NCBI RefSeq assembly: GCF_001644705.1
Contig: NZ_CP015137.1
Coordinates: 3,240,001 to 3,272,000 of the forward strand
DNA from: Dickeya solani IPO 2222
GTDB taxonomy: Bacteria; Pseudomonadota; Gammaproteobacteria; Enterobacterales; Enterobacteriaceae
Length of the DNA: 32,000 bases
Reading direction: 5' to 3'
The translations under genes were made by a program, and so were the position numbers. Shown here piece by piece: positions 1 to 11,863 of this stretch (positions within the stretch are counted from its first letter, which is position 1; each line of letters starts with the position of its first letter). The notes beneath the pieces are model-generated. The model did not search any database, had not been told where the DNA came from, and saw nothing but the letters and a program-made list of their open reading frames with translations.

Positions 1-1953
1 GTCGATCTCAAACTGGTGTTTACCGAAGGGGTATCCGCCAAGATCCAGCAAATCAACATCGTCGGTAACAAGTCCTTTAACTCTGATGAATTGATTTCCC
101 GCTTCCAGTTACGTGATGAAGTACCGTGGTGGAACGTGGTTGGGGATCGCAAATACGAGAAGCAGAAACTTTCCGGCGACCTGGAAACCCTGCGCAGCTT
201 TTATCTCGACCGCGGTTATGCTCGCTTCAATATCGATTCGACCCAGGTCAGTCTGACGCCGGACAAAAAAGGCATCTACATTACCATCAACATCACCGAA
301 GGCGATCAGTACAAGCTGTCCGGCGTGGTGGTGCGCGGTAATCTGGTTGGCCATGCCACCGAAATTGAAGATCTGACCCGCGTCCAGTCGGGCGAGCTGT
401 ATAACGGCACCAAAGTGACCCGGATGGAAGAGGACATCAAAAAACTGCTGGGACGTTATGGCTATGCCTATCCCCGCGTGGTGACCCAGCCGGAAATCAA
501 CGATACCGACAAGACCGTGCGCCTGAACATCAACGTGGATTCCGGCAACCGATTCACCGTGCGCCGCATTCGCTTTGACGGCAACGATGTCTCCAAAGAT
601 TCCGTACTGCGCCGTGAAATGCGTCAGATGGAAGGCGGCTGGCTCGGCAACGACCTGGTGCAACAGGGTAAAGAACGACTGAATCGCCTTGGCTATTTCG
701 AAAGCGTGGATGTTGAAACCCAGCGCGTGCCGGGAACGCCGGATCAGGTAGACGTGGTCTACAAGGTCAAGGAGCGTAACACCGGTAGCCTTAACTTCGG
801 TGTCGGTTTCGGTACTGAAAGCGGCATCAGTTTCCAGGCCGGCGTCCAACAGGACAACTGGCTGGGGACCGGTAACTCGGTTGGTATCAGCGGTACCCGT
901 AACGACTACCAGACCTATGTCGAACTGTCGATGACCGATCCGTACTTCACGGTGGATGGCGTCAGTCTCGGCGGTCGTATTTTCTACAACAACTTTAAAG
1001 CGCTGGATGCTGACCTGTCCGACTACACCAACCAAAGTTATGGTGCGGGCACGACGTTGGGCTTCCCGGTCAATGAGAACAACTCATTGCGCGTCGGCGT
1101 TGATTATGTACACAACTCCCTGTCGGACATGAAACCGCAGGTGGCGATGTGGCGTTATCTGAACAAAGTTGGCGTGGATCCGGATCCAAGTGCTACGTCG
1201 AGCGCCAGCTTCAGTGCCAACGACTTCTTCCTGACGTCTGGCTGGACCTACAATAACCTTGACCGTGGTTACTTCCCGACAGCGGGCAACCGCGCTAACC
1301 TGAACGCCAAGGTGACCGTACCGGGTTCGGACAACGAATACTATAAACTGACCTTTGATTCGGCGAGTTACTTCCCGCTCAGCGAAAACCACAACTGGGT
1401 GCTGATGGCGCGAACCAAAGCCGGCTATGCCGATGGTCTGAGTGGTAAGGAAGTGCCGTTCTACGACAACTTCTTTGCCGGTGGTTCCAGTTCGGTGCGC
1501 GGTTTCCGCTCCAATACCATTGGTCCGAAAGCGGCTTATTATAATCAGGGTTCGAGTCAGAGTCAGAATTGTACATCGGCGAACGTGTCGTCTTGCACCA
1601 TTGACTCCACCAAAATGAGAGATGCGGTGGGCGGTAACGCGATGGCGGTCGCCAGTGCGGAACTGATCGTGCCGACGCCGTTCATTAGCGACAAGTACTC
1701 CAGCTCTATTCGTACATCTTTCTTCGTCGATGCCGGTACAGTGTGGGATACTCACTGGGAAAACACCGCTCAGACGCTGGCGGCCGGCGTGCCGGATTAC
1801 AGTACGCCTGGTAATATTCGTATGTCTTCAGGTCTTGCGGTGCAATGGATGTCGCCGCTGGGGCCGCTGGTGTTCTCCTATGCCCAGCCGTTTAAGAAAT
1901 ACGAAGGGGATCGCTCCGAGCAGTTCCAGTTTAACATCGGTAAGACCTGGTAA
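1..1953 (+). CDS. bamA: Outer membrane protein assembly factor BamA, 5'-truncated by the window edge
   Basis: Frame 1 is open from base 1. The translation ([23 protein letters not shown] ... [13 protein letters not shown] ... [12 protein letters not shown]) is colinear with E. coli BamA/YaeT, including the C-terminal barrel signature. Followed by skp-lpxD-fabZ-lpxA-lpxB as in Enterobacterales. Confidence 0.97.
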   Translation, partial: VDLKLVFTEGVSAKIQQINIVGNKSFNSDELISRFQLRDEVPWWNVVGDRKYEKQKLSGDLETLRSFYLDRGYARFNIDSTQVSLTPDKKGIYITINITEGDQYKLSGVVVRGNLVGHATEIEDLTRVQSGELYNGTKVTRMEEDIKKLLGRYGYAYPRVVTQPEINDTDKTVRLNINVDSGNRFTVRRIRFDGNDVSKDSVLRREMRQMEGGWLGNDLVQQGKERLNRLGYFESVDVETQRVPGTPDQVDVVYKVKERNTGSLNFGVGFGTESGISFQAGVQQDNWLGTGNSVGISGTRNDYQTYVELSMTDPYFTVDGVSLGGRIFYNNFKALDADLSDYTNQSYGAGTTLGFPVNENNSLRVGVDYVHNSLSDMKPQVAMWRYLNKVGVDPDPSATSSASFSANDFFLTSGWTYNNLDRGYFPTAGNRANLNAKVTVPGSDNEYYKLTFDSASYFPLSENHNWVLMARTKAGYADGLSGKEVPFYDNFFAGGSSSVRGFRSNTIGPKAAYYNQGSSQSQNCTSANVSSCTIDSTKMRDAVGGNAMAVASAELIVPTPFISDKYSSSIRTSFFVDAGTVWDTHWENTAQTLAAGVPDYSTPGNIRMSSGLAVQWMSPLGPLVFSYAQPFKKYEGDRSEQFQFNIGKTW

Positions 1954-2092
1954 GCAGAATTGCCTGGTGCTTGAGGTTGAAAGGAAGATGTACCGGCATC
2001 CGGTGGCGATTTAAGCGTACAGCTTGGCTGCCGATGCCGTGATTACGATAAGCGCAATCAGCGCAGAAATACTTAGGGTGAGGAGTTTTAAA

Positions 2093-2590
2093 GTGAAAAA
2101 GTGGTTGTATGCCGCAGGTTTAGGTTTAACGCTGGCTGTGTCTGCCGGCGCCCAGGCTGCCGACAAGATTGCGATTGTCAACGTTTCCAACATCTTCCAA
2201 CAGTTGCCGCAGCGTGAAGCCGTGGGCAAACAGCTGGAAAACGAGTTCAAAGGCCGCGCTTCTGAACTGCAGTCTATGGAACGTGCTCTGCAAGAAAAAA
2301 TGCAGAAACTGCAGCGTGATGCTTCTACCATGAAAGCCAGCGAACGCACCAAGTTGGAAAGCGATGTGATGGCTCAGCGCGAGCAATTCTCCAGCAAAGC
2401 TCAGGCGTTCGATCAGGACAACCGTCGTCGTCAGATGGAAGAGCGCAACAAGATCCTGAGCCGTATTCAGGACGCGGTGAAAGCGGTTGCCACCAAGCAG
2501 GGTTATGACGTGGTTATCGACGCTAACGCAGTTGCCTATGCTGACAACGCGAAAGACATTACTGCAGATGTGCTGAAACAGGTTAAATAA
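2093..2590 (+). CDS. skp: Periplasmic chaperone Skp (OmpH)
   Basis: In-frame GTG at 2093 is preceded by GAGGAG (2080-2085). It gives [30 protein letters not shown]..., a signal peptide plus Skp-like coiled-coil sequence. The longer ORF from 2024 is an upstream extension without an RBS. Position between bamA and lpxD is conserved. Confidence 0.93.
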   Translation: MKKWLYAAGLGLTLAVSAGAQAADKIAIVNVSNIFQQLPQREAVGKQLENEFKGRASELQSMERALQEKMQKLQRDASTMKASERTKLESDVMAQREQFSSKAQAFDQDNRRRQMEERNKILSRIQDAVKAVATKQGYDVVIDANAVAYADNAKDITADVLKQVK

Positions 2591-2593
2591 TTC

Positions 2594-3616
2594 ATGTTTT
2601 CAATTCGACTGGACGCCTTGGCTCAACAGTTGGATGCACAATTACACGGTGATGGCGATATCGTCATCACCGCTGTTGCTTCTATGCATTCAGCACAGGC
2701 AGGACAGATTACGTTTTTATCCGATAGCCGCTATCGCGAGCAACTGAGCAGCATTCAGGCTTCTGCTGTGGTGCTGACAGAGGCCGATTTGCCGTTTTGC
2801 GACACGGCCGCTCTGGTGGTAAAGAATCCTTATTTGGCCTATGCGCGTATGGCGCAGTTGATGGATACAACGCCGGCGCCTGCACAGGGGATCGCACCTT
2901 CCGCGGTGATTGCTCCTGATGCGCGTTTAGGAGATGGGGTTTCGGTGGGCGCGAATGCTGTTATCGAATCCGGCGTGGAATTGGGTAATGGCGCGATCGT
3001 TGGCGCGGGCTGCTTTATCGGCAAGAATGCCCGTATCGGGGCTGGAACCCGTTTATGGGCCAACGTCACGATTTACCATAACGTCGTATTGGGCGAACAG
3101 TGCTTGATTCAGTCCGGCGCGGTCATCGGTTCGGATGGATTTGGTTACGCCAATGATCGCGGTAACTGGATCAAAATTCCCCAGCTGGGAACGGTCATCA
3201 TCGGCGATCGTGTCGAGATCGGTGCCAGTACTACCATCGATCGTGGTGCGTTGGACGATACCATTATTGGTAACGGTGTCATCATTGATAACCAATGTCA
3301 GATTGCACACAACGTTCTGATTGGGGACAATACCGCGGTTGCTGGCGGGGTAATCATGGCGGGCAGTCTGAAGATTGGCCGGTACTGCATGATTGGCGGC
3401 GCCAGCGTGATCAATGGTCACATGGAGATTTGCGACAAGGTCACAGTCACAGGGATGGGGATGGTCATGCGGCCTATCACTGAGCCGGGTGTTTATTCTT
3501 CCGGTATCCCATTGCAGCCGAACAAGGTCTGGCGTAAGACTGCAGCGTTGGTGATGAATATTGACGAGATGAGCAAACGGCTCAAAGCTGTCGAGCGTAA
3601 GCTCGAAGACCGTTAA
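2594..3616 (+). CDS. lpxD: UDP-3-O-(3-hydroxyacyl)glucosamine N-acyltransferase LpxD
   Basis: N-terminus [31 protein letters not shown] closely matches E. coli LpxD. Long run of left-handed beta-helix hexapeptide repeats. Conserved synteny. Confidence 0.96.
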   Translation: MFSIRLDALAQQLDAQLHGDGDIVITAVASMHSAQAGQITFLSDSRYREQLSSIQASAVVLTEADLPFCDTAALVVKNPYLAYARMAQLMDTTPAPAQGIAPSAVIAPDARLGDGVSVGANAVIESGVELGNGAIVGAGCFIGKNARIGAGTRLWANVTIYHNVVLGEQCLIQSGAVIGSDGFGYANDRGNWIKIPQLGTVIIGDRVEIGASTTIDRGALDDTIIGNGVIIDNQCQIAHNVLIGDNTAVAGGVIMAGSLKIGRYCMIGGASVINGHMEICDKVTVTGMGMVMRPITEPGVYSSGIPLQPNKVWRKTAALVMNIDEMSKRLKAVERKLEDR

Positions 3617-3764
3617 TCACCCGTATTCGTAACCTGCGTTTCGGATGCAAGACTGGCGCCATGTGCGCAATTTTTATTTGCGGCCTGCATGTTGTTCCTC
3701 CCTTGTTGGGGAATGTGCAGGCCGTGTTGTTGATGCTATCGTTTTTATTGACAGGAAGAGTATT

Positions 3765-4220
3765 TTGAATACAGACACGCATACTCTGCATATCGAAGAG
3801 ATTCTGGATCTACTACCGCACCGCTATCCGTTCTTGCTGGTGGATCGTGTACTGGATTTTGAGAAAGGAAGATTCCTGCGCGCGGTAAAAAATGTTTCTT
3901 TTAACGAGCCGTTCTTTCAGGGGCATTTCCCTGGCAAACCGATTTTCCCCGGCGTACTGATTCTGGAAGCTATGGCTCAGGCTACTGGCATTCTGGCGTT
4001 CAAGAGCTTGGGCAAACTGGAGCCGGGCGAATTGTACTATTTCGCCGCCGTAGACGAAGCGCGTTTCAAACGTCCTGTTGCGCCGGGCGATCAGATGATT
4101 CTGGAAGTCGAGTTCCTCAAAGAACGCCGCGGTATTGCACGATTCAAAGGCGTTGCCAAAGTTGATGGTGAAATTGCTTGTGAAGCTGAAATGATGTGCG
4201 CTCGTCGTCGGGAGGGCTGA
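3765..4220 (+). CDS. fabZ: 3-hydroxyacyl-ACP dehydratase FabZ
   Basis: In-frame TTG at 3765 is preceded by AGGAAGAG (3753-3760). It gives (L/M)[31 protein letters not shown]...[23 protein letters not shown], 151 codons, matching E. coli FabZ in length and sequence. The ORF-track start at 3645 adds a non-homologous extension. Confidence 0.93.
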   Translation: MNTDTHTLHIEEILDLLPHRYPFLLVDRVLDFEKGRFLRAVKNVSFNEPFFQGHFPGKPIFPGVLILEAMAQATGILAFKSLGKLEPGELYYFAAVDEARFKRPVAPGDQMILEVEFLKERRGIARFKGVAKVDGEIACEAEMMCARRREG

Positions 4221-4223
4221 TTC

Positions 4224-5012
4224 GTGATTGACCAAACCGCCGTTATCCATCCCAGTTCCATTGTTGAAAACGGCGCTGTTATCGGCGCTGGTGTGCATAT
4301 TGGGCCGTTTTGCCATATCGGTGCGCAGGTTGAGATCGGCGCGGGTACGGTACTGAAATCTCATGTCGTCATTAACGGCATCACCAAAATTGGTCGCGAT
4401 AACGAAATCTATCAGTTTGTCTCGATTGGTGAAGTCAATCAGGACCTGAAATACGCAGGCGAGCCGACTCGCGTTGAAGTAGGCGACCGTAACCGTATCC
4501 GTGAAAGCGTGACCATTCACCGTGGTACAGCGCAGGGCGGTGGGTTGACTAAAGTCGGTAATGATAACCTGCTGATGATCAATACGCATATCGCTCACGA
4601 CTGTGCCATCGGCAATCACTGTATTCTGGCGAACAACGCTACGCTGGGTGGTCATGTCTCCATTGATGATTACGCTATTATTGGCGGCATGACGGCGGTG
4701 CACCAGTTCTGCGTAATTGGTGCGCACGTGATGGTAGGCGGTTGTTCCGGTGTGGCGCAGGATGTCCCTCCCTATCTGATTGCGCAGGGCAACCACGCCA
4801 CGCCGTTCGGTATCAACATTGAAGGGCTGAAACGCCGCGGGTTTGAAAAAGAAACCCTGCATGCTATCCGCAACGCTTACAAGCTGATCTATCGCAGCGG
4901 CAGAACGCTGGACGAAGTGAAAGCCGATCTCGAAGCGCTGGCGGCGGATCATCCGGCGGTACAGGCCTATCTTGATTTCTTTACCCGCTCAACGCGCGGC
5001 ATTATTCGCTGA
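4224..5012 (+). CDS. lpxA: UDP-N-acetylglucosamine O-acyltransferase LpxA
   Basis: GTG start 3 nt after the fabZ stop. [29 protein letters not shown] hexapeptide repeats and the C-terminal helical domain are typical of LpxA. Conserved synteny. Confidence 0.96.
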   Translation: MIDQTAVIHPSSIVENGAVIGAGVHIGPFCHIGAQVEIGAGTVLKSHVVINGITKIGRDNEIYQFVSIGEVNQDLKYAGEPTRVEVGDRNRIRESVTIHRGTAQGGGLTKVGNDNLLMINTHIAHDCAIGNHCILANNATLGGHVSIDDYAIIGGMTAVHQFCVIGAHVMVGGCSGVAQDVPPYLIAQGNHATPFGINIEGLKRRGFEKETLHAIRNAYKLIYRSGRTLDEVKADLEALAADHPAVQAYLDFFTRSTRGIIR

Positions 5013-5015
5013 GTT

Positions 5016-6164
5016 ATGGCACCGCGTCCCCTGACTATCGGACTGGTCGCCGGAGAAACCTCCGGCGATATTCTTGGCGCAGGTCTGATTCGCGCGCTGA
5101 AAACGCACGTGCCCAACGCCCGCTTTGTCGGTGTGGCCGGGCCGCGTATGCAGGCGGAAGGCTGTGAAGCCTGGTACGAGATGGAAGAGCTGGCGGTGAT
5201 GGGCGTGGTTGAGGTGCTGGGGCGCCTGCCGCGTTTACTAAAAATCCGCCGTGACCTGACACAGCGTTTCAGCGAATTGCAGCCGGATGTGTTTGTCGGT
5301 ATCGACGCCCCCGATTTCAACATTACTCTGGAAGGCCGCCTCAAGCGCAATGGCATCAAAACCATTCACTATGTCAGCCCATCGGTGTGGGCGTGGCGAC
5401 AGAAACGCGTCTTCAAGATAGGCAAAGCCACCGATCTGGTGCTGGCGTTTCTGCCGTTCGAAAAAGCGTTTTACGATCGTTTCAATGTCCCTTGCCGTTT
5501 TATCGGTCATACCATGGCGGATGCGATGCCGTTGCATCCGGACAAAGCCGCGGCCCGGCGTGCGCTGGGGCTGGCGGAGGATGCGTGTTGTCTGGCGATA
5601 TTGCCCGGCAGCCGAAGCGCCGAAGTGGAAATGCTGAGCGCCGATTTTCTGAAAACGGCGCAATTGCTGCGGCAAACCTATCCCGGGTTGGAAGTCGTGG
5701 TGCCGCTGGTCAACCAACGCCGCCGCGAACAGTTTGAACAGATTAAAGCCGAGGTTGCGCCAGAGATGGATATCCGCCTGCTGGACGGGCAGGCGCGTGA
5801 AGCGATGACCGCCAGCGACGCCACACTGCTCGCGTCCGGTACGGCCGCGCTGGAATGCATGCTGGCGAAGAGTCCGATGGTGGTTGGATATCGAATGAAG
5901 CCTTTCACGTTCTGGCTGGCGAAACGATTGGTGAAAACGCCGTGGGTGTCGTTGCCCAATTTGCTGGCCGGGCGTGAACTGATCAAGGAATTGCTGCAGG
6001 ATGACTGCACGCCCGACAAGCTGTCAGCGGCGCTGCAGCCCTGGCTGGCGGGCGGCGAAGCGGCGCAACAATTGCAGCAGGTCTTCTTGCACCTGCATGA
6101 GCAGATTCGATGCGACGCCGATGAGCAGGCGGCGCAGGCTGTACTGGAGCTGTGGCGGTCATGA
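5016..6164 (+). CDS. lpxB: Lipid-A-disaccharide synthase LpxB
   Basis: [26 protein letters not shown]-terminal motif and colinearity with E. coli LpxB. Conserved synteny. Confidence 0.96.
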   Translation: MAPRPLTIGLVAGETSGDILGAGLIRALKTHVPNARFVGVAGPRMQAEGCEAWYEMEELAVMGVVEVLGRLPRLLKIRRDLTQRFSELQPDVFVGIDAPDFNITLEGRLKRNGIKTIHYVSPSVWAWRQKRVFKIGKATDLVLAFLPFEKAFYDRFNVPCRFIGHTMADAMPLHPDKAAARRALGLAEDACCLAILPGSRSAEVEMLSADFLKTAQLLRQTYPGLEVVVPLVNQRRREQFEQIKAEVAPEMDIRLLDGQAREAMTASDATLLASGTAALECMLAKSPMVVGYRMKPFTFWLAKRLVKTPWVSLPNLLAGRELIKELLQDDCTPDKLSAALQPWLAGGEAAQQLQQVFLHLHEQIRCDADEQAAQAVLELWRS

Positions 6165-6757
6165 ATGAGGTTTTTGTTTATCCCCAGGCGCATTGTATTG
6201 CCGGCGTGGATGAAGTGGGGCGCGGTCCGCTGGTGGGCGCGGTGGTTACGGCGGCGGTAATTCTGGACCCCAACCGGCCGATTGCCGGGCTGGCGGATTC
6301 CAAAACGCTTAGCGAGAAACGCCGCCTGGCGCTGTACGACGAAATCCGTGAAAAAGCGTTGGCCTGGAGCCTTGGCCGCGCTGAACGGGAAGAGATCGAT
6401 TCGCTCAATATTCTGCACGCCACCATGCTGGCGATGCAGCGCGCGGTAGCCGGACTGCCCATTACGCCGGACTTTGTGTTGATCGACGGTAACCGCTGCC
6501 CGTCTTTGCCGATGCCTTCGCAGGCGGTGGTCAAAGGCGACAGTCGGGTGGCGGAAATCAGCGCGGCCTCGATTCTGGCCAAAGTGACGCGAGATCGCGA
6601 AATGGAAGTGCTGGACCGGCAGTTTCCAGAGTATGGATTTGCGCAGCACAAGGGGTATCCTACGGCGTATCATCTTGAAAAGCTGGCGACGCTGGGCGCC
6701 ACCCTTCATCACAGGCGCAGTTTCGGCCCGGTCAAACGGGCGCTGGGCCTGGCATAA
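6161..6757 (+). CDS. rnhB: Ribonuclease HII
   Basis: ATG at 6161 overlaps the lpxB TGA (ATGA). [29 protein letters not shown] carries the RNase HII DEVGRG catalytic motif. The GTG at 6152 in the ORF track is an alternative start. Confidence 0.94.
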   Translation: MNEVFVYPQAHCIAGVDEVGRGPLVGAVVTAAVILDPNRPIAGLADSKTLSEKRRLALYDEIREKALAWSLGRAEREEIDSLNILHATMLAMQRAVAGLPITPDFVLIDGNRCPSLPMPSQAVVKGDSRVAEISAASILAKVTRDREMEVLDRQFPEYGFAQHKGYPTAYHLEKLATLGATLHHRRSFGPVKRALGLA

Positions 6758-6832
6758 CGTAAACGTATAAAACGCATATGTGCCTGATGTTGTTCACCAG
6801 GCGGGTTACTGAAAAGATTATGGGATCCGGAA

Positions 6833-9800
6833 ATGGCCGAACCACGTTTTGTTCACCTGCGTGTTCACAGTGACTATTCCATGATCGATGGGCTGGCGAA
6901 AACCGGCCCGTTGGTAAAAAAAGCGGCCGCGCTGGGGATGCCGGCGCTGGCGATCACCGATTTTACCAACCTGTGCGGGCTGGTGAAGTTCTATGGCGGC
7001 GCGCACGGCGCCGGCATCAAGCCGATCATCGGTGCGGATTTTTATCTGCAGAGTGACGAGCTGGGCGACGAACTGGCGCACCTCACCGTTTTGGCGATGA
7101 ACAACGAAGGGTATCAGAACCTGACGCTGCTGATTTCTCGTGCCTATCAACGTGGGTACGGCGCCGCCGGGCCGACGATTGATCGGGCATGGCTGGTGGA
7201 ACATCAGGCCGGGTTGTTGCTGTTGTCCGGCGGGCGTCATGGCGACATCGGCAAGTTTCTGCTGCGCGGCAATCAGGTGTTGGTGGAACAGAGCGTCGCC
7301 TTTTATCAACAGCATTTTCCGCAGCGGTTTTATCTGGAGCTGGTTCGCACCGGGCGACCGGATGAGGAGAGCTACCTGCATTCGGCGGTAGAGCTGGCGA
7401 CCGCGCACGGCTTGCCGGTCGTCGCCACTAACGATGTCTGTTTTATCAGTCAGGATGATTTCGAGGCCCATGAGATCCGCGTGGCGATTCATGACGGCTT
7501 CACGCTGGACGACCCGAAACGCCCCAAAAATTATAGCGTGCAGCAGTACATGCGCAGCGAGGAGGAGATGTGCGAGCTGTTTGCCGATATCCCCGAAGCG
7601 CTGATCAACACCGTAGAAATAGCCAAACGCTGTAATGTCACTATTCGGCTCGGCGAGTATTTCCTGCCGCAATTTCCTACTGGCGACATGTCGACCGAAG
7701 ACTATCTGGTGATGTGCTCCAGAAAAGGGTTGGAAGAACGTCTGACGTTCCTGTTCCCTGATGAGGAGGTTCGCGCTCAGCGCCGCCCGGAATACGACGA
7801 ACGTCTGGAAATCGAACTCAACGTTATCAACCAGATGGGCTTCCCCGGCTACTTCCTGATCGTAATGGAGTTTATCCAGTGGTCGAAGGACAACGACGTG
7901 CCGGTAGGGCCGGGACGTGGCTCCGGCGCCGGCTCGCTGGTGGCGTATGCGCTGAATATCACCGATCTGGATCCGCTGGAATTTGACCTGCTGTTCGAAC
8001 GTTTCCTTAACCCGGAACGTGTGTCGATGCCTGACTTTGACGTCGACTTCTGCATGGAAAAGCGTGATCTGGTGATTGATCACGTGGCGGACATGTACGG
8101 CCGCGACGCGGTATCGCAAATCATCACCTTCGGTACCATGGCGGCCAAAGCGGTTATCCGCGACGTCGGCCGGGTGCTGGGGCACCCGTACGGCTTTGTC
8201 GACCGCATTTCCAAACTGGTGCCGCCCGACCCAGGCATGACGCTGGAGAAAGCCTTTGCCGCCGAGCCGCAATTGGGCGAAATTTACGACGCGGATGAAG
8301 AGGTCAAGGCGCTTATCGACATGGCGCGCAAACTGGAAGGGGTGACCCGTAACGCCGGCAAGCACGCCGGGGGCGTGGTGATTTCGCCGACCAAAATTAC
8401 CGATTTTGCGCCGCTGTACTGCGACCCGGAAGGCAATCACCCGGTCACCCAGTTCGACAAGAACGATGTGGAATACGCCGGTCTGGTGAAGTTCGACTTC
8501 CTCGGCCTGCGCACGCTGACCATCATCAACTGGGCGCTGGAGATGATCAACGCCCGGCGCGCCAAACAGGGGCTGGAATCGATAGACATTGCTTCTATCC
8601 CGCTGGATGACAAGAAAAGCTTCGATATGCTGCAGCGCTCGGAAACCACTGCGGTGTTCCAGCTTGAATCACGCGGCATGAAAGACCTGATCAAACGCCT
8701 TAAGCCGGACTGCTTTGAGGATATGATCGCGCTGGTGGCCCTGTTCCGTCCCGGGCCGCTGCAGTCGGGCATGGTGGATAACTTCATTGACCGTAAGCAC
8801 GGGCGCGAAGCGATTTCCTACCCGGATATCGAGTGGCAGCATGAGACGCTGAAGCCGGTGCTGGAACCGACCTATGGTATCATCCTGTATCAGGAACAGG
8901 TGATGCAGATTGCTCAGGTGCTGGCAGGGTATACCCTCGGCGGCGCGGATATGCTGCGCCGTGCGATGGGTAAGAAAAAGCCCGAAGAGATGGCCAAACA
9001 GCGCTCGGTGTTTAAAGAGGGCGCGGAGAGGATGGGCGTCGACGGCGAGCTGTCGATGAAAATCTTCGACCTGGTGGAGAAATTCGCCGGTTACGGCTTC
9101 AACAAGTCGCATTCGGCCGCCTACGCGCTGGTATCGTATCAGACGCTGTGGCTGAAGGCCCATTACCCGGCGGAGTTCATGGCAGCGGTAATGACCGCGG
9201 ATATGGACAACACCGACAAAATCGTCGGGCTGGTGGATGAATGCTGGCGTATGGGGCTGAAGATCCTGCCGCCGGATATCAACAGCGGTTTGTACCATTT
9301 CCACGTCAACGATGACGGCGAGATCGTTTACGGCATCGGCGCCATCAAAGGCGTGGGAGAAGGGCCGATCGAAGCCATTATCGAAGCGCGTAATAACGAT
9401 GGTTATTTCCTTGATTTGTTTGATCTTTGCGCCCGTACCGATATCAAGAAACTGAACCGGCGGGTGCTGGAAAAACTGATCATGTCCGGCGCGTTTGACC
9501 GGCTGGGGCCGCACCGGGCGGCGTTGATGAATTCGCTGGTGGACGCCATGAAGTCGGCGGAACAGCACGCGAAGGCGGAGGCTATCGGTCAGGCGGATAT
9601 GTTCGGGGTGCTGGCGGAAACGCCTGAACAGGTGGAACAGTCCTACAGCACGGTGCCGCCGTGGCCGGAACAGGTGGTGCTGGACGGCGAAAGAGAAACG
9701 CTGGGGTTGTACCTGACCGGGCATCCCATCAACCAGTATCTGAAGGAAATTGAACGCTATGCGGGAGGCGTGCGTTTAAAAGACATGCATCCCACTGAGC

Positions 9801-10315
9801 GGGGAAAAATGACCACCGCTGTCGGGCTGGTGCTCGCCGCCCGGGTGATGGTGACCAAACGGGGCAACCGTATTGGCGTCTGTACGCTGGATGATCGTTC
9901 CGGTCGTCTGGAAGTGATGCTGTTTACCGACGCGCTGGAAAAATATCAGCACCTGCTGGAGCAGGATCGCATTTTGATTGCCAGCGGACAGGTCAGCTTT
10001 GATGACTTCAGCGGCGGACTTAAAATGACGGTCAGAGAGTTAATGGATATCAGCGAAGCGCGGGAAAAATACGCGCGCGGGCTTGCTATCTCGCTGACTG
10101 ACAGGCAAATTGATGACCAGTTGTTAAACCGTCTCCGTCAGTCGTTGGAACCCCATCGTTCGGGGACGATTCCGGTGAACCTCTACTACCAGCGCCAGGA
10201 TGCGCGTGCCCGGCTACGTTTCGGTGCGGCATGGCGTATCACGCCCACCGATGGGTTGCTGAATGATTTACGTACCCTGGTTGGTAATGAACAGGTAGAA
10301 CTGGAATTTGACTAA
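6833..10315 (+). CDS. dnaE: DNA polymerase III alpha subunit
   Basis: 1160 aa. [26 protein letters not shown]-domain N-terminus is nearly identical to E. coli DnaE, and the rest is colinear throughout. Confidence 0.98.
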   Translation: MAEPRFVHLRVHSDYSMIDGLAKTGPLVKKAAALGMPALAITDFTNLCGLVKFYGGAHGAGIKPIIGADFYLQSDELGDELAHLTVLAMNNEGYQNLTLLISRAYQRGYGAAGPTIDRAWLVEHQAGLLLLSGGRHGDIGKFLLRGNQVLVEQSVAFYQQHFPQRFYLELVRTGRPDEESYLHSAVELATAHGLPVVATNDVCFISQDDFEAHEIRVAIHDGFTLDDPKRPKNYSVQQYMRSEEEMCELFADIPEALINTVEIAKRCNVTIRLGEYFLPQFPTGDMSTEDYLVMCSRKGLEERLTFLFPDEEVRAQRRPEYDERLEIELNVINQMGFPGYFLIVMEFIQWSKDNDVPVGPGRGSGAGSLVAYALNITDLDPLEFDLLFERFLNPERVSMPDFDVDFCMEKRDLVIDHVADMYGRDAVSQIITFGTMAAKAVIRDVGRVLGHPYGFVDRISKLVPPDPGMTLEKAFAAEPQLGEIYDADEEVKALIDMARKLEGVTRNAGKHAGGVVISPTKITDFAPLYCDPEGNHPVTQFDKNDVEYAGLVKFDFLGLRTLTIINWALEMINARRAKQGLESIDIASIPLDDKKSFDMLQRSETTAVFQLESRGMKDLIKRLKPDCFEDMIALVALFRPGPLQSGMVDNFIDRKHGREAISYPDIEWQHETLKPVLEPTYGIILYQEQVMQIAQVLAGYTLGGADMLRRAMGKKKPEEMAKQRSVFKEGAERMGVDGELSMKIFDLVEKFAGYGFNKSHSAAYALVSYQTLWLKAHYPAEFMAAVMTADMDNTDKIVGLVDECWRMGLKILPPDINSGLYHFHVNDDGEIVYGIGAIKGVGEGPIEAIIEARNNDGYFLDLFDLCARTDIKKLNRRVLEKLIMSGAFDRLGPHRAALMNSLVDAMKSAEQHAKAEAIGQADMFGVLAETPEQVEQSYSTVPPWPEQVVLDGERETLGLYLTGHPINQYLKEIERYAGGVRLKDMHPTERGKMTTAVGLVLAARVMVTKRGNRIGVCTLDDRSGRLEVMLFTDALEKYQHLLEQDRILIASGQVSFDDFSGGLKMTVRELMDISEAREKYARGLAISLTDRQIDDQLLNRLRQSLEPHRSGTIPVNLYYQRQDARARLRFGAAWRITPTDGLLNDLRTLVGNEQVELEFD

Positions 10316-10327
10316 AATAGGAATACT

Positions 10328-11287
10328 ATGAGTCTGAATTTTCTTGATTTTGAGCAGCCGATTGCAGAGTTGGAAGCGAAGATTGATTCCCTGACCGCAG
10401 TCAGCCGCCAAGATGAAAAATTGGATATTAATCTGGACGAAGAAGTTAAGCGTCTGCGCGAAAAGAGTGTAGAACTGACGCGAAAAATCTTCGCCGATCT
10501 GGGCGCCTGGCAGATTGCCCAACTGGCGCGCCATCCACAGCGCCCTTATACCCTGGACTACGTTCAGCACATTTTCTCCGACTTTGACGAGCTGGCTGGC
10601 GATCGTGCCTATGCCGATGACAAGGCGATCGTCGGGGGTATTGCCCGTCTTGACGGGCGCCCGGTGATGATTATTGGTCATCAGAAAGGCCGTGAAACCA
10701 AAGAAAAAATCCGTCGCAATTTCGGGATGCCGGCGCCGGAAGGTTATCGCAAGGCGTTGCGCCTGATGGAGATGGCCGAACGTTTCAAAATGCCGCTCAT
10801 CACCTTTATCGACACCCCGGGCGCGTATCCGGGCGTGGGGGCGGAAGAGCGTGGTCAGTCCGAAGCGATCGCCCGCAACCTGCGAGAAATGTCCTGCCTG
10901 AGCGTGCCGATCGTTTGTACGGTGATCGGCGAAGGCGGCTCCGGCGGCGCGCTGGCTATCGGTGTCGGCGACAAGGTGAATATGCTGCAGTACAGCACCT
11001 ATTCGGTTATTTCGCCGGAAGGCTGCGCCTCGATTCTGTGGAAAAGCGCTGACAAGGCGCCGCTGGCCGCGGAAGCGATGGGGATTACCGCACCGCGTCT
11101 GAAAGAGCTGAAGCTGATTGATTCGGTGATCCCGGAACCGTTGGGCTCAGCCCACCGCGACGTGACGGCGATGGCCGCATCGCTGAAATCCCAGTTACTG
11201 TCCGATTTGAACGAGCTGGATACGCTGAGCGAACAGGAATTGCTGAACCGTCGTTACCAGCGTTTGATGAATTACGGCTACTGCTGA
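10328..11287 (+). CDS. accA: Acetyl-CoA carboxylase carboxyltransferase alpha subunit
   Basis: 319 aa. [22 protein letters not shown]...[18 protein letters not shown] matches AccA. Follows dnaE as in E. coli. Confidence 0.97.
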   Translation: MSLNFLDFEQPIAELEAKIDSLTAVSRQDEKLDINLDEEVKRLREKSVELTRKIFADLGAWQIAQLARHPQRPYTLDYVQHIFSDFDELAGDRAYADDKAIVGGIARLDGRPVMIIGHQKGRETKEKIRRNFGMPAPEGYRKALRLMEMAERFKMPLITFIDTPGAYPGVGAEERGQSEAIARNLREMSCLSVPIVCTVIGEGGSGGALAIGVGDKVNMLQYSTYSVISPEGCASILWKSADKAPLAAEAMGITAPRLKELKLIDSVIPEPLGSAHRDVTAMAASLKSQLLSDLNELDTLSEQELLNRRYQRLMNYGYC

Positions 11288-11309
11288 TTTACCTCGCTAT
11301 GCATCAAAG

Positions 11310-11343
11310 AAGTCCGCGATTGGGAACGATCGCGGACTTTTTG
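11310..11343 (+). terminator. Rho-independent terminator downstream of accA
   Basis: Perfect 11-bp stem AAGTCCGCGAT (11310-11320) / ATCGCGGACTT (11329-11339) with an 8-nt loop, running into TTTTT (11338-11342), 23 nt after the accA stop. Confidence 0.8.
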
Positions 11344-11473
11344 TTATGCTGATAACGCGCTTAGGCGATATGCCATCTCCGCGGTGGTTTATTGCACGAC
11401 CTGCATTTTTTCTCCTCAACCATGACATGGCACCGGCGAGCATGGTTGCCTGCCATTCAGGGGAACGACTCTG

Positions 11474-11863
11474 ATGCTGACATTGCTGGATGTTCACCAT
11501 ATCGCGATTATTGCCTCGGATTATGAGCGCAGTAAGCGTTTCTATTGCGACGTGCTCGGTTTTACGCTGCAACAGGAAGTCTACCGAGCGGCTCGTGACT
11601 CCTGGAAAGGCGATCTGGCGCTTAACGGCCGTTATCTGATCGAACTGTTTTCATTCCCTTCGCCGCCGGCGCGCGTCAGCCGACCGGAAGCCTGCGGACT
11701 GCGCCATCTGGCGTTTGCCGTTGATGATATCGAACGGGCGGTTGCTGTGTTGAACGGGGCGGGGGTGGACAGTGAACCGGTGCGGACAGACGAGTATACC
11801 GGTCGCCGTTTCACTTTCTTTGCCGATCCGGACGGCTTACCGCTTGAGTTGTATGAACGCTGA
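11474..11863 (+). CDS. yaeR: Glyoxalase/VOC-family protein YaeR
   Basis: MLTLLDVHHIAIIASDYERSKRFYCDVLGF...RPEACGLRHLAF...FFADPDGLPLELYE is colinear with E. coli YaeR. Its end overlaps the tilS start by 11 nt. Confidence 0.9.
   Translation: MLTLLDVHHIAIIASDYERSKRFYCDVLGFTLQQEVYRAARDSWKGDLALNGRYLIELFSFPSPPARVSRPEACGLRHLAFAVDDIERAVAVLNGAGVDSEPVRTDEYTGRRFTFFADPDGLPLELYER

Noticed and set aside
1540-1620. A Cys-containing, Ser/Gln-rich insertion-like stretch in BamA ([22 protein letters not shown]), considered as an unusual insert.
   Set aside because: E. coli BamA has an equivalent variable extracellular loop with two Cys at the same position. This is normal lineage variation.
2024-2092. N-terminal extensions in the ORF track for skp (2024), fabZ (3645), tilS (11772), the nlpE-like gene (14478), the PEBP gene (26529), the GNAT (28750) and possibly the AraC gene (26560).
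   Set aside because: Internal in-frame starts with good Shine-Dalgarno sequences give products that match the expected N-termini, signal peptides and lengths. The extensions overlap upstream genes or encode non-homologous sequence.
6161-6164. Start/stop overlaps and very short gaps throughout the lpx cluster: fabZ-lpxA 3 nt, lpxA-lpxB 3 nt, lpxB-rnhB ATGA, yaeR-tilS 11-nt overlap.
   Set aside because: This is the ordinary translational coupling conserved in this housekeeping operon in Enterobacterales, so it is not a novel signal.
6818-8440. Very long antisense ORFs opposite conserved genes: 540 aa opposite dnaE here, plus 8669-9724, 3813-4952, 5678-6712, 109-1035, 1084-1755, 14598-15191, 16357-16800 and 26652-27248.
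   Set aside because: They lie exactly opposite strongly conserved genes in GC-rich DNA. Their translations are Arg/His/Gln/Gly-rich and low in complexity, with no recognisable motifs or RBS. These are classic shadow ORFs of high-GC coding sequence.
11297-11572. A 91-aa - strand ORF in the accA-yaeR spacer. This is where E. coli carries ldcC, so a novel small gene seemed possible.
   Set aside because: It runs through the accA terminator hairpin and across the yaeR start. It has no RBS, and its sequence looks like the antisense of yaeR. An 8-bp inverted repeat at 11417-11448 upstream of yaeR is too short to interpret.
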